From Gammaproteobacteria bacterium (GTDB lineage Bacteria; Pseudomonadota; Gammaproteobacteria; GCA-001735895), in assembly GCA_029864185.1 (NCBI GenBank), contig JAOTTY010000001.1:1-62246 (forward strand): a DNA stretch of 62,246 nt. Direction: 5' to 3'. Below are positions 50,581-59,347 of the stretch, piece after piece. Position 1 is the stretch's first letter. Every line of letters starts with the position of its first letter. The notes below the pieces were generated by a model. The model saw only the letters and a list, made by a program, of their open reading frames with translations, ran no database searches and was not told the DNA's origin. The position numbers were made by a program, and so were the translations under genes.

Positions 50581-50592
50581 TGGAGTACAGCA

Positions 50593-51312
50593 ATGTCGGA
50601 CCTTATACATTTGAATGCTGAACTGCGCTCTGACTCGGGGAAAGGTGCGAGCCGCCGCCTGAGACACCAGGGCATGGTGCCAGCAATCGTTTACGGCGGC
50701 GAGCGAGATCCCGCCATGATCAGTATCGCGCACAACGAGTTCATCCATGAGCTCGAAAACGAGTCGATCTACACGCAGGTCATCGAGCTGCGCGTCGGCG
50801 ACCGCAAACAGGAAGTGATTCTGCGCGATCTGCAGCGTCACCCGTTCAAGAACAAGGTGCTGCACGCAGACTTCTACCGCATCGACCAGAACAAGCCGAT
50901 CCATATCACGGTGCCGATTCATGTCGAAAATGCCGAGACCTGCGTCGGGGTCAAGCAGGATGGCGGCATGCTCACGCAACTGGTTTCGGAAATCGAGATC
51001 CTGGCGCTGCCGAAAAACCTGCCCGAATACCTGTCGGTGGACGCGGCAAACCTGCATCTCGGCGAAATCCTGCACCTGACCGACATTCTGATGCCGGAAG
51101 GTGTACAGCTGGTTACGTTGGCGCACATCGACGTCGAAGACGAGGAAGAGTTCGACCAGCACAATATCGGTGTGTTGTCGGTGGTCAAGACCCGCGAGGA
51201 GCGGATCGACGAAGAGGCGCCCGAAGCACCTGAGGTCGAGGTGGGCGGAGAAGGTGAAGTCGCCGAAGGTGGTGCTGGAGAGGCTGAAGGCGAAGCAGGC
51301 GACGAAGATTAG
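50593..51312 (+). CDS. rplY: 50S ribosomal protein L25 / general stress protein Ctc
   Basis: GKGASRRLR...VPAIVYGG N-terminus and an acidic C-terminal tail. Confidence 0.93.
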   Translation: MSDLIHLNAELRSDSGKGASRRLRHQGMVPAIVYGGERDPAMISIAHNEFIHELENESIYTQVIELRVGDRKQEVILRDLQRHPFKNKVLHADFYRIDQNKPIHITVPIHVENAETCVGVKQDGGMLTQLVSEIEILALPKNLPEYLSVDAANLHLGEILHLTDILMPEGVQLVTLAHIDVEDEEEFDQHNIGVLSVVKTREERIDEEAPEAPEVEVGGEGEVAEGGAGEAEGEAGDED

Positions 51313-51320
51313 CTCTTTCC

Positions 51321-51905
51321 ATGGCTGCGCTGACCGCAGATATCCGTTTGATCGTCGGCCTCGGTAACCCCGGGGCCGATTACGTTGATACGCGCCATAA
51401 CGCCGGTTTCTGGCTGGTCGACCTGCTCGCGCAGGATCGCGGACTCAACTTTCGTTTCGAAAAACGCTACAACGCGGAAGAGTGCAAGTTCAAAGCAGCG
51501 GAAAGGGACGTATTTTTGCTGAAGCCGCAGACCTTCATGAATCGCAGCGGCCAGTCGGTCGCGGGGCTGGCGCGCTTCTACAAAATCGCGCCGGAACAGA
51601 TCCTGGTGCTGCACGACGAGCTCGATTTGCCGCCCGGCACCAACCGCATCAAGCAGGCTGGCGGTCACGGCGGGCACAACGGATTACGCGACATCATCAA
51701 TCATCTCGGCAGCCGCGAGTTCTTCCGCATCCGTATCGGTATCGGTCATCCCGGGGACAGCAGCCAGGTAATCAACTACGTATTGCACAAGCCATCGGCG
51801 ACGGACCTGAAAGCGATCGAGGCGGCCAACCTCGATACGCTCGAGGTCATGCCGCTGGTGATCGAAGGGCGCATCGACAAGGCGATGCAGGCCCTGCATA
51901 GCTGA
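51321..51905 (+). CDS. pth: peptidyl-tRNA hydrolase
   Basis: [22 protein letters not shown]. Confidence 0.95.
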   Translation: MAALTADIRLIVGLGNPGADYVDTRHNAGFWLVDLLAQDRGLNFRFEKRYNAEECKFKAAERDVFLLKPQTFMNRSGQSVAGLARFYKIAPEQILVLHDELDLPPGTNRIKQAGGHGGHNGLRDIINHLGSREFFRIRIGIGHPGDSSQVINYVLHKPSATDLKAIEAANLDTLEVMPLVIEGRIDKAMQALHS

Positions 51906-51915
51906 AGGAAATATC

Positions 51916-53007
51916 ATGGGATTCAAATGTGGCATCGTCGGACTGCCGAACGTCGGCAAGTCGACCCTGTTCAACTCGCTGACCAGGGCCGGCATCGCTG
52001 CCGAAAACTATCCGTTCTGCACTATCGATCCGAACATCGGCGTGGTCGAGGTACCCGACCCGCGTCTGCAGCAGCTGGCCGACATCGTCAAGCCGAAGAA
52101 AGTCATTCCCACGACGATGGAGTTCGTCGATATCGCGGGACTAGTCGCGGGCGCGTCCAAAGGCGAGGGCCTCGGCAACCAGTTCCTCGGGCATATCCGC
52201 GAGACCGACGCGATCGCGCAAGTGGTGCGCTGTTTCGAGAACGACGATATCGCGCATGTCAGCAACCGGATTCATCCGCTGTCCGATATCGAAACGATCA
52301 ATACCGAGTTGCTGCTGGCCGACATGGAGTCGATTGCGCGCCAGACCGAGCGCGCCGCGAAGCTGGCCAAGTCCAACGAAAAAGAAGCGAAAGCCAGGTA
52401 TGAATTCATGCAGGCGGTGCAGGCGCATGTCGAGGCCGGTAACGCGGCGCGCGTCTTCGCCGTGACCGATCAGCAGCGCCCGTGGATGAAGGAGCTGCAC
52501 CTGATTACCGCGAAACCGGTGCTTTATATCGCCAACGTGTCCGAGGACGGCTTCGGCAACAATCCCCATCTGGACGCGGTGCGCGAGCATGCCGAGGGCG
52601 AAGGCGCGGAGGTGGTCGCGGTCTGCGCCGCGATCGAGTCCGATATTGCCGAACTCGACGCCGCCGAGGCCGCGGAGTTTCTTGCCGAAATGGGACTCGA
52701 GGAGCCGGGCCTCGACCGCGTAATCCACGCCGGCTACCGGCTATTGCATCTGCAGACCTTTTTCACCGCGGGGCCGCAGGAAGTGCGCGCCTGGACCATC
52801 CGCGTCGGCGACACCGCGCCGCGCGCAGCCGGCAGGATTCATACCGATTTCGAGAAAGGATTCATCCGCGCCGAGGTGGTCGCCTTCGATGACTTCATCG
52901 CCTGCAACGGCGAGCAGGGCGCCAAGGATGCCGGCAAGTGGCGCCTCGAAGGCAAGGATTACGTGATGCAGGAAGGCGACGTGGTACACTTCCGTTTCAA
53001 CGTCTAG
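51916..53007 (+). CDS. ychF: redox-regulated ATPase YchF
   Basis: [15 protein letters not shown], 363 aa, pth-ychF synteny. Confidence 0.95.
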   Translation: MGFKCGIVGLPNVGKSTLFNSLTRAGIAAENYPFCTIDPNIGVVEVPDPRLQQLADIVKPKKVIPTTMEFVDIAGLVAGASKGEGLGNQFLGHIRETDAIAQVVRCFENDDIAHVSNRIHPLSDIETINTELLLADMESIARQTERAAKLAKSNEKEAKARYEFMQAVQAHVEAGNAARVFAVTDQQRPWMKELHLITAKPVLYIANVSEDGFGNNPHLDAVREHAEGEGAEVVAVCAAIESDIAELDAAEAAEFLAEMGLEEPGLDRVIHAGYRLLHLQTFFTAGPQEVRAWTIRVGDTAPRAAGRIHTDFEKGFIRAEVVAFDDFIACNGEQGAKDAGKWRLEGKDYVMQEGDVVHFRFNV

Positions 53008-53020
53008 GCGACGCACCGGC

Positions 53021-53049
53021 TTGACAGCGCCGGATGTTCAAGCGAAAAT
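53021..53049 (+). promoter_or_regulatory. possible sigma70 promoter for tRNA-Met
   Basis: TTGACA (53021-53026), a 17-nt spacer, then GAAAAT (53044-53049), about 45 nt upstream of the tRNA. Confidence 0.3.
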
Positions 53050-53095
53050 CGCGCGCTCTTCATGGCCGGGCAACCCGGTCGACAGAAAACACGAT

Positions 53096-53172
53096 GGCTA
53101 CGTAGCTCAGTTGGTTAGAGCACATCACTCATAATGATGGGGTCCCCTGTTCAAATCAGGGCGTAGCCACCA
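53096..53172 (+). tRNA. tRNA-Met, elongator type (anticodon CAT)
   Basis: GGCTACGTAGCTCAGTTGGTTAGAGCACATCACTCATAATGATGGGGTC is nearly identical to the first 50 nt of E. coli metT. CCA is encoded. Confidence 0.93.
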
Positions 53173-53188
53173 TTTTCGGACGCTGTGA

Positions 53189-53482
53189 GCACGCCGATTG
53201 CGGCGTTGGATCTCGCAGCGAGCCGCTCGCGTACCAAGACGCCAGCGGCCGGGTGCATAGCTGGTGTCGCGCTTCGTTGCCAGGGCAGCGGTCGCCAGGG
53301 CGCTCGGCACCGGTATCGGCGAGCGCTTCGGCCTCCATTCGGTGCAGGTCGATCACGATGACCAGGGCAGGCCGGTATTGAGTTTCCGAGCGCATGCCGC
53401 GGATCTGATCGCCGAACTCGGTATCGGCAACGCGATGATTTCGCTGTCCATTGAGTTGATTGTCACCATATTTCGAAAGTGA
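53189..53482 (+). pseudogene. holo-ACP synthase (AcpS-like) gene remnant lacking its N-terminus
   Basis: 53264-53482 translates to RFVARAAVARALGTGIGERFGLHSVQVDHDDQGRPVLSFRAHAADLIAELGIGNAMISLS. This aligns with E. coli AcpS residues from about 55 to the end (RFAVKEAAAKAFGTGI...ELGKPRL...). In-frame TAG (53258) and TGA (53186) lie upstream, and no N-terminal half is present. Confidence 0.7.
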
Positions 53483-53980
53483 AAGCCGGCCCGGCGCTGC
53501 CTCATCCTGGCAAATTGGCAGGGTGTGACTGTGTTATACTGGGGACCCGTCGTTGTCCCGCCACCTGTTGCCCTGGCCATCCTTCCAGGTGTCACCTGGC
53601 CGAACAATCTCGGCTTTGGGCATCTCGCGCCCACACTCGCCAATCGGCTATAGCCATGAATGTTGATATGAAACCATACTTGTACGCGCAAAAAATCCGC
53701 CCGCCGGCCGCGTTGTCGTGCCTGCAGAACGGCTCGTTGCACGCCTTTGCGGCAACTGGAATCCCCGCTATTCAGAACCCGGCGACAGCTTATCGAAACG
53801 GTCATGGCTGGCGTGACGGCGCTGGTTTTCAGGAGTCGAGGGCGCGGTGTCTTGCGCTGGAGATGCCCGACAACACCCGCCTCGATCATTCGGCCGGGCG
53901 TCGGGCGAATGATCGGTCCCATGCGCAACGAGCCACTGATTGCGCGGTGACTGGATCTTTCGGTTGCTCGAGGACATCCA

Positions 53981-54793
53981 GTGGACTTTAGGGCCGGCTT
54001 CGAACTGAAGTATCACTTCCCGAATCCGACGCCGGTGGTTTCGATCCTGAATATCCACTTTTCTCGTGTTTCGGACCTGGCGGCGCCAGATCATCTCGTG
54101 CTGGAACCATCCGTCGAGGTCTGCGGCTATCGCGATTCGTTTGGTAACTGGTGCACGCGATTCCTGGCGCCTGCCGGCATGTTTCGGATGTTCTCCGACT
54201 TTACGATCCGGGACAGCGGGCTGCCGGATGCAAGGGTCGACGAACGCCAGACGCCGGTCGAGGAAATCCCTGCGGAAGCCATCGTGTATCTGTTACCGAG
54301 CCGTTTCTGCGACAGCGATCGCTTTCAGGATCTCGCCTGGCAACTTTTTGGCAGTGCGACGCCGGGATCCGGTCGGGTGCAGGCGATCTGCGATTTTGTG
54401 CATCGGCACATCGAGTTTGGTTATCACCATGCACGTGTGAGTCGAACGGCTACCGAGACTTACCAGGAAGGTCGAGGAGTTTGCCGTGACTATGCACACC
54501 TGGCGATTGCATTCTGTCGCGCGTTGAATATTCCCGCACGATACTGCACCGGCTACCTCAGCGATGTCGGCACTCCGCCGCCGTTGCCAGTCGGTGATTT
54601 CGCCGCATGGTTCGAGGCTTATCTCGGTAACGGCTGGTATACATTCGATCCCCGGAACAACGAGCCAAAAATCGGCCGCTTCCTGATTGCCCGGGGCCGG
54701 GATGCGGCGGATGTCGCCATCACCACGACCTTCGGGCCCAATACGCTGGAAGTCTTCCGCGTATGGACCGATTTGATTGCCGACGAGACCTGA
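53981..54793 (+). CDS. transglutaminase-like cysteine peptidase family protein
   Basis: GTG start. Core GRGVCRDYAHLAIAFCRALNIPARYCTGY (catalytic Cys), downstream WFEAYL...WYTFDP (His/Asp region), and an N-terminal Bact_transglu_N-like beta region. Confidence 0.85.
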   Translation: MDFRAGFELKYHFPNPTPVVSILNIHFSRVSDLAAPDHLVLEPSVEVCGYRDSFGNWCTRFLAPAGMFRMFSDFTIRDSGLPDARVDERQTPVEEIPAEAIVYLLPSRFCDSDRFQDLAWQLFGSATPGSGRVQAICDFVHRHIEFGYHHARVSRTATETYQEGRGVCRDYAHLAIAFCRALNIPARYCTGYLSDVGTPPPLPVGDFAAWFEAYLGNGWYTFDPRNNEPKIGRFLIARGRDAADVAITTTFGPNTLEVFRVWTDLIADET

Positions 54794-54936
54794 AATTCCG
54801 GGCTTCAATCCCGGTTGATTCGATGTGGGAGATTTGTGGGGATCAGTCATGTCCTGTTATGCTTGGTTGTGCGCAGTTTGCAACGAGTGCCCAGATAAGT
54901 TATTGAATAATAATTAAAAAATTCTACCTTTCCATT

Positions 54937-54981
54937 CTCATAATGATGGGGTCCCCTGTTCAAATCAGGGCGTAGCCACCA
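54937..54981 (+). repeat. direct repeat: exact copy of the tRNA-Met 3' 45 nt (att-like)
   Basis: CTCATAATGATGGGGTCCCCTGTTCAAATCAGGGCGTAGCCACCA is identical to 53128-53172. Weaker homology continues to about 55042, matching 53173-53234. Confidence 0.95.
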
Positions 54982-55221
54982 TTTTCGGGCTGCTGCGCAC
55001 CACGATTGCAGCGTTGGATTTCGTAACGAGCCGCTCGTGCACGGGTCTTTACAGCTCCCGGCATCGCTGCGAAATCTGCCTTGCACTCGACGTACTCATG
55101 ACGCCCAAAAAGCGTCTGCTCTGTTCAGTGTTGGTTTCGAGCGCGGGTTATTCCGATCAGGGCTGCACGCAACTCGAGTCGCCGGTAGGCGTTTGCCGCA
55201 GAATATCAGGCATTCTTCGGG

Positions 55222-58200
55222 CTAGAATGAAACCGATGCATTGGCACAGTTTGTTACGACGACCGTCTCACAGACTTCGTAGAGATAAGTGCCTGATACG
55301 CTCTTGCCGAGGTTATCCTGCCAGTTGCCGTCGTTCGGCTCATCATTCGCCGCCAGGACACCGTTACGATAAATGTCGACCGTGCTACCGGTATGCCCGC
55401 TCCATTGCAGCGTTACCAGGTTATTGCCCCTGTTCTTTGACGTGGAAAGAATCAGGCTGCGTTCGACCGGGGGTTCGCCGACCGTTATGGTGACCGTCGC
55501 AGAAGAACTGTCACCATTCCCATCGGTGAGCGTGTAGGTAAACGAGTCTGTGCCGATAAAGCCGCCGCTGGGCAAATAGGTGAAAGATCCGTCGCTGGCG
55601 GTGCTGGTCAGACTCCCGCCCGTCAGGCTACTGGTACCCCAGGCCGTGACCGTGGTCGGGGCTTCACCAACCGTATCGTTGGACATGACGTTTTCATTGA
55701 GCACAGTGTCGACCGGAGTCGCGAAGAAATCGTCGGCAGCCTGGGGCAGCAGGTTGGGCTGGGGCTTACCGACCACGATGCTCGTCCCTACCGTGTTCGC
55801 ATTTTCGTCGTAGCTATGGCCGGTTAGCGTAAGCGCGTCGACGCTAAACGTCACGCTGTCGGTATTATTCCTGATATCCAACTTGTTAACGATACAGTCG
55901 CCCGAATTATCAGTCGTGCAACTCGCCGAGCCATTGGCGCCATTACTCCAGGAACCATCCACGAGCACGCCCGCCAGAGCCTGCCCCAGGTCGTCGGCGA
56001 CAGATATCGTGACCGCGGCATCCCAGCGACCCCGCGACGCCTCGGCGGAATCGGCGCTCAGGCCATCGAGGTGCATCGTGACCGCCGTTACCGGGTCGGC
56101 GGTCTGAAAACTCCAGACTGGCCCCAGGGTCGTGCCATAGGGGTTAACCTCGTCGATGCGCCAGTAATAGGTGGTCGAATCGGCCAGGGTGCCGGGATCG
56201 AAACTCGTCGAAGGCTGATTTCCCCGGAATTCCGCGATCCCGGGCGTCGGGTTGATGCCGAAATAGACATCATGGGAATCGGCATCCACGGCCGCGCCCC
56301 AGGCAAGCTGAGTATTCACGTCGACGTCAATGGCACTATCGATGGGCGAGGGGTTGCTCGCGGGACCCGGCGGATTCTCGGAACCGGAACCACCGCCGAT
56401 ACCATCGAGGACCAGCGTATCGATCTGCCAGTAGTTGCCGTTACTGTCACCCCCGGAATCGAATCGCCAACGCAGCATGACCGATGTTTCTCCGGCGAGC
56501 GACGACAGGTCGAGCGCGTATTGAGTCGGGCAGTGAACCACTCCCAGTTGTGACCAGATATTGGTCCAGTTTTGGCCGCCATCGGTACTGGCATCGATGT
56601 TGATGGATTCGAGTAGGTCGAACAGAAAGCAGCTGTCAAAGGTCAGAATCAACCCTGCGTAGCCAGAAAGATCCATGACCGGAGACTGCAGCGATGTCCG
56701 GGTGACCGCGTAGAGGTTATCGACCATGGCGAAATCGCCACTGCCCGGGGTGAAATTGTCGTAGCGATTGCTGCCGGGTTGTGGCGTGAAGATTTCCCAG
56801 TCCTTGCCGTAATCCGTCTGCACGCTCCAGCCGGTCGGCAGTCCGCCGCTGAAATCCACGTTGAAGACATTGTTCGATCCGGTTGGCGGAGCGGGCAATA
56901 CGCTGACGATAAGGGAAAAATCCTGGGCGCCGGGAACCAGTTGCTCGAGTTCGTCCAGTTCCAGTAACTGGCCCTTGTGGGTGACCTCCACCGTGTAGCT
57001 GCCGGCACCAAGCGCATCGGTAACGACCTGTTCGACATTGTCGCGAACATTATCGCCTCGCGTCGCCACCGCGGCGGGCGCGGCCGGGTCGAGTACCCAG
57101 GGCGCGTATTCGGTCTGGCCGACGACGACGCGTAAATCGAGATCGTTGACGAGCATCGAATCGGTCGGATCCAGCGCATAGGGTACCGGGTTTGCCGGCG
57201 GGTCCGCCCAGACGAGCGACGCCCGAATGACCGAACCGGCTTCCAGCACCTGCACCGGTACCGAGAAATTGCCGCCATCGGCCAACGTGTTTTCGATGAT
57301 CTGATGGTCGATGCCGATATGCGCATCGGATATCAGTTCAGCAGCCTTGCGCGTATTCAGCAGACCCCAGCCGTGCCGATAGTCCGGCCCGTCGCCGTCG
57401 CCGGCCTCGTCCGCGGTGTGGATCGCGACCGCTTTTAAACTTGCGGCGCGCAGGAAATTTCCCGGGCCCTTCAGATCTTCATGGTGTTCCTGGAGCAGCA
57501 GCAATGATCCCGTCACGTTGGGCGCCGACATGGAGGTACCCGACGCGATGGCATAGGGCGAAAACTCATCGATCCAGGTCGACAGGAGCAACACGCCGTT
57601 GGCTACCAGGTCCGGCTTGATACGCCCGTCATCGGTCGGCCCCCAGGCGCTGAAGGGCGCCATCGAGACCTGCGCGGGCCCGACGAGCGGCGAATAACCG
57701 CCCTGTATATCGTCCACGGCGCCGATCGTCAGTATGTTTTTCGCAACGCTGTGCAACGCCAGGCAGTCGAAACCCAGCGGCGCGCAATCCGCCGGCCGCT
57801 GCTGCGTCGACGTGCCGAGTGGATTGCCGTTATCATCGACGATGGTATAGGTCTCACCCGGAGCAGGGCCGAAGTCGGTGCGATCGTTGCCCGCCGATTT
57901 GACTACCAGGTAATCGGGCGCCTGATAGGCGATCAGATCCCAGTCCCGGCTAATCTGGCCGTAAAAACCGAATTTCGGATCCTCGTCGCCGCTGCCGCCG
58001 ATCCACCACCATTGGTTCGGCTCGGCATCTCCGATATATACCCAACCGGCGGCCGCGCCGTAAGAATGGTTGGATAGCAGCAATCCGCCGGCCGCCGCGG
58101 TCGCCATTTCGCCGGCATCGTTATTCCAGTCGTAGGCGTGCAGGCCGGCGGCCGAAGCCATGCCTCGCGCCGGCGGGTAGGAACCGGCGCCGACCAGGGT

Positions 58201-58683
58201 GCCGGCAACATGGGTTGCGTGGCCGCTGATTTCGGTTGCGCCGTCAACCTGGGTTACATTGGGCAAATCGCCGTGCAGCGGATGAACCGCGCCGCCATCC
58301 CATTGGCCGACGATAAGGCCTGAACCTTCCAGGTTGAATCCGGCCAGGCCACCGGGCCAGACATCGTCGGTGGATACGGTATCCGCGGCGCCGAGATTAT
58401 TGGTCACGTAGAATATGGGACCCATGCCGGGCACCAGACGCTGAAGTTCGAGAGCTCGGCCGTTTGGCAGGGCGCGCCGCAGCGGAATGCCCGCTCGATT
58501 GGCAAATTCGATAGCCCTGGCCCTTTCCGACTGTGCGCGATCCTGAAATTTTTCGGCGAGCTGCTGTAACTGCTCATCGCCTGCGGCTGACAGCTTGCCC
58601 GTTGCAAGTGCCGCCAGGAGTAGCAAAATTAGCAGGATCAGGCGATGTGGTCTGTCATCGACAGGTCGGTTCCAATACCCCAT
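55222..58683 (-). CDS. secreted multidomain subtilisin-like (S8) serine protease
   Basis: Signal peptide HRLILLILLLLAALATGKLSAAG. Triad contexts: VGQWDGG (Asp), SGHATHVAGT (His), SGTSMSAPNVTG (Ser). C-terminal jelly-roll/MAM-like, Ig/cadherin-like (TDSFTYTLTDGNGDSSSATVTITV) and pre-peptidase-C-terminal-like modules. Confidence 0.9.
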   Translation of the reverse strand: MGYWNRPVDDRPHRLILLILLLLAALATGKLSAAGDEQLQQLAEKFQDRAQSERARAIEFANRAGIPLRRALPNGRALELQRLVPGMGPIFYVTNNLGAADTVSTDDVWPGGLAGFNLEGSGLIVGQWDGGAVHPLHGDLPNVTQVDGATEISGHATHVAGTLVGAGSYPPARGMASAAGLHAYDWNNDAGEMATAAAGGLLLSNHSYGAAAGWVYIGDAEPNQWWWIGGSGDEDPKFGFYGQISRDWDLIAYQAPDYLVVKSAGNDRTDFGPAPGETYTIVDDNGNPLGTSTQQRPADCAPLGFDCLALHSVAKNILTIGAVDDIQGGYSPLVGPAQVSMAPFSAWGPTDDGRIKPDLVANGVLLLSTWIDEFSPYAIASGTSMSAPNVTGSLLLLQEHHEDLKGPGNFLRAASLKAVAIHTADEAGDGDGPDYRHGWGLLNTRKAAELISDAHIGIDHQIIENTLADGGNFSVPVQVLEAGSVIRASLVWADPPANPVPYALDPTDSMLVNDLDLRVVVGQTEYAPWVLDPAAPAAVATRGDNVRDNVEQVVTDALGAGSYTVEVTHKGQLLELDELEQLVPGAQDFSLIVSVLPAPPTGSNNVFNVDFSGGLPTGWSVQTDYGKDWEIFTPQPGSNRYDNFTPGSGDFAMVDNLYAVTRTSLQSPVMDLSGYAGLILTFDSCFLFDLLESINIDASTDGGQNWTNIWSQLGVVHCPTQYALDLSSLAGETSVMLRWRFDSGGDSNGNYWQIDTLVLDGIGGGSGSENPPGPASNPSPIDSAIDVDVNTQLAWGAAVDADSHDVYFGINPTPGIAEFRGNQPSTSFDPGTLADSTTYYWRIDEVNPYGTTLGPVWSFQTADPVTAVTMHLDGLSADSAEASRGRWDAAVTISVADDLGQALAGVLVDGSWSNGANGSASCTTDNSGDCIVNKLDIRNNTDSVTFSVDALTLTGHSYDENANTVGTSIVVGKPQPNLLPQAADDFFATPVDTVLNENVMSNDTVGEAPTTVTAWGTSSLTGGSLTSTASDGSFTYLPSGGFIGTDSFTYTLTDGNGDSSSATVTITVGEPPVERSLILSTSKNRGNNLVTLQWSGHTGSTVDIYRNGVLAANDEPNDGNWQDNLGKSVSGTYLYEVCETVVVTNCANASVSF

Positions 58684-59220
58684 GTGAAAATCCGTTTACT
58701 TTGCAATCCTGGTATTATAGTCGATGTCGAGCTTGCTATTTTTCGTACTAGTTCAAATTCCGCCGCTTTATTCAGGGTTTTTCGATAAGGTGAATTTATC
58801 ACTGGGGAGTATTTGATTGCATGGTAACAGGCCGGTCTCAGAATAGGGCGTAGCCGCCTTGTCCAGTTTGAAGACATATTCCTTTTAATTCAATGAGCTA
58901 CGCTCGGAACTTCAAACGTGATCTGGATGATGGGCTCCAAGGACACGGACGGACTTTTGTCCGATGACTTCGCCGCCCCACTGGTGGCCACATATTTCCC
59001 CGTGAGGATGAGGCCGTGCCGTTCGTACAGGTGGGCTGCCATGCGGGTTCGGGGGGAACAGCTTATATCAATTGAACTGATTTCATGCGTATGATTAAGC
59101 TTGCCGGTGTAGGAAAATTGGAGGAATCAGATGTGCATTGTTGTGTTCAATGGTGCAATCGCTGCAACGGGCGCCCCGTTAAACTATTGAGTAATAGTTA
59201 TAAATTAGTCGCCACATCAT

Positions 59221-59266
59221 ACTCATAATGATGGGGTCCCCTGTTCAAATCAGGGCGTAGCCACCA
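59221..59266 (+). repeat. direct repeat: exact copy of the tRNA-Met 3' 46 nt (att-like)
   Basis: ACTCATAATGATGGGGTCCCCTGTTCAAATCAGGGCGTAGCCACCA is identical to 53127-53172. The upstream CACATCAT also resembles tRNA CACATCA, with a 2-nt indel. Confidence 0.95.
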
Positions 59267-59347
59267 TTTTTTCAATGACCTGGCGCCAGTTTTTAATCTC
59301 CATGGTTTCAACGCCGGATATTATGGGAAACGGCACGGGTAATCTAT

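Larger units (their letters stand above)
53173..54981 (+). mobile_element. putative integrase-less genomic islet 1, bounded by tRNA-Met 3' direct repeats
   Basis: The segment lies between the tRNA 3' end (53128-53172) and its exact 45-nt copy (54937-54981). Confidence 0.5.
54982..59266 (+). mobile_element. putative integrase-less genomic islet 2 (possibly composite), bounded by tRNA-Met 3' direct repeats
   Basis: The segment lies between repeat copy 2 (54937-54981) and copy 3 (59221-59266). Confidence 0.45.

Noticed and set aside
53125-53395. Minus-strand ORFs (53125-53310, 53156-53395), and 54847-55086, which translate across tRNA-Met or its partial copy (WWLRPDLNRGPHHYE)
   Set aside because: The shared peptide is simply the reverse translation of the tRNA sequence. 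These ORFs are artefacts of the repeat.
53353-53991. 191-aa (-) and 170-aa (+) ORFs between the AcpS-like remnant and the transglutaminase-like gene; checked as possible integrase remnants
   Set aside because: Arg/Pro/Gly-rich shadow-type sequences. I could find no tyrosine-recombinase motifs (no R..H..R..Y context, no HxLRHT-like box) in any frame.
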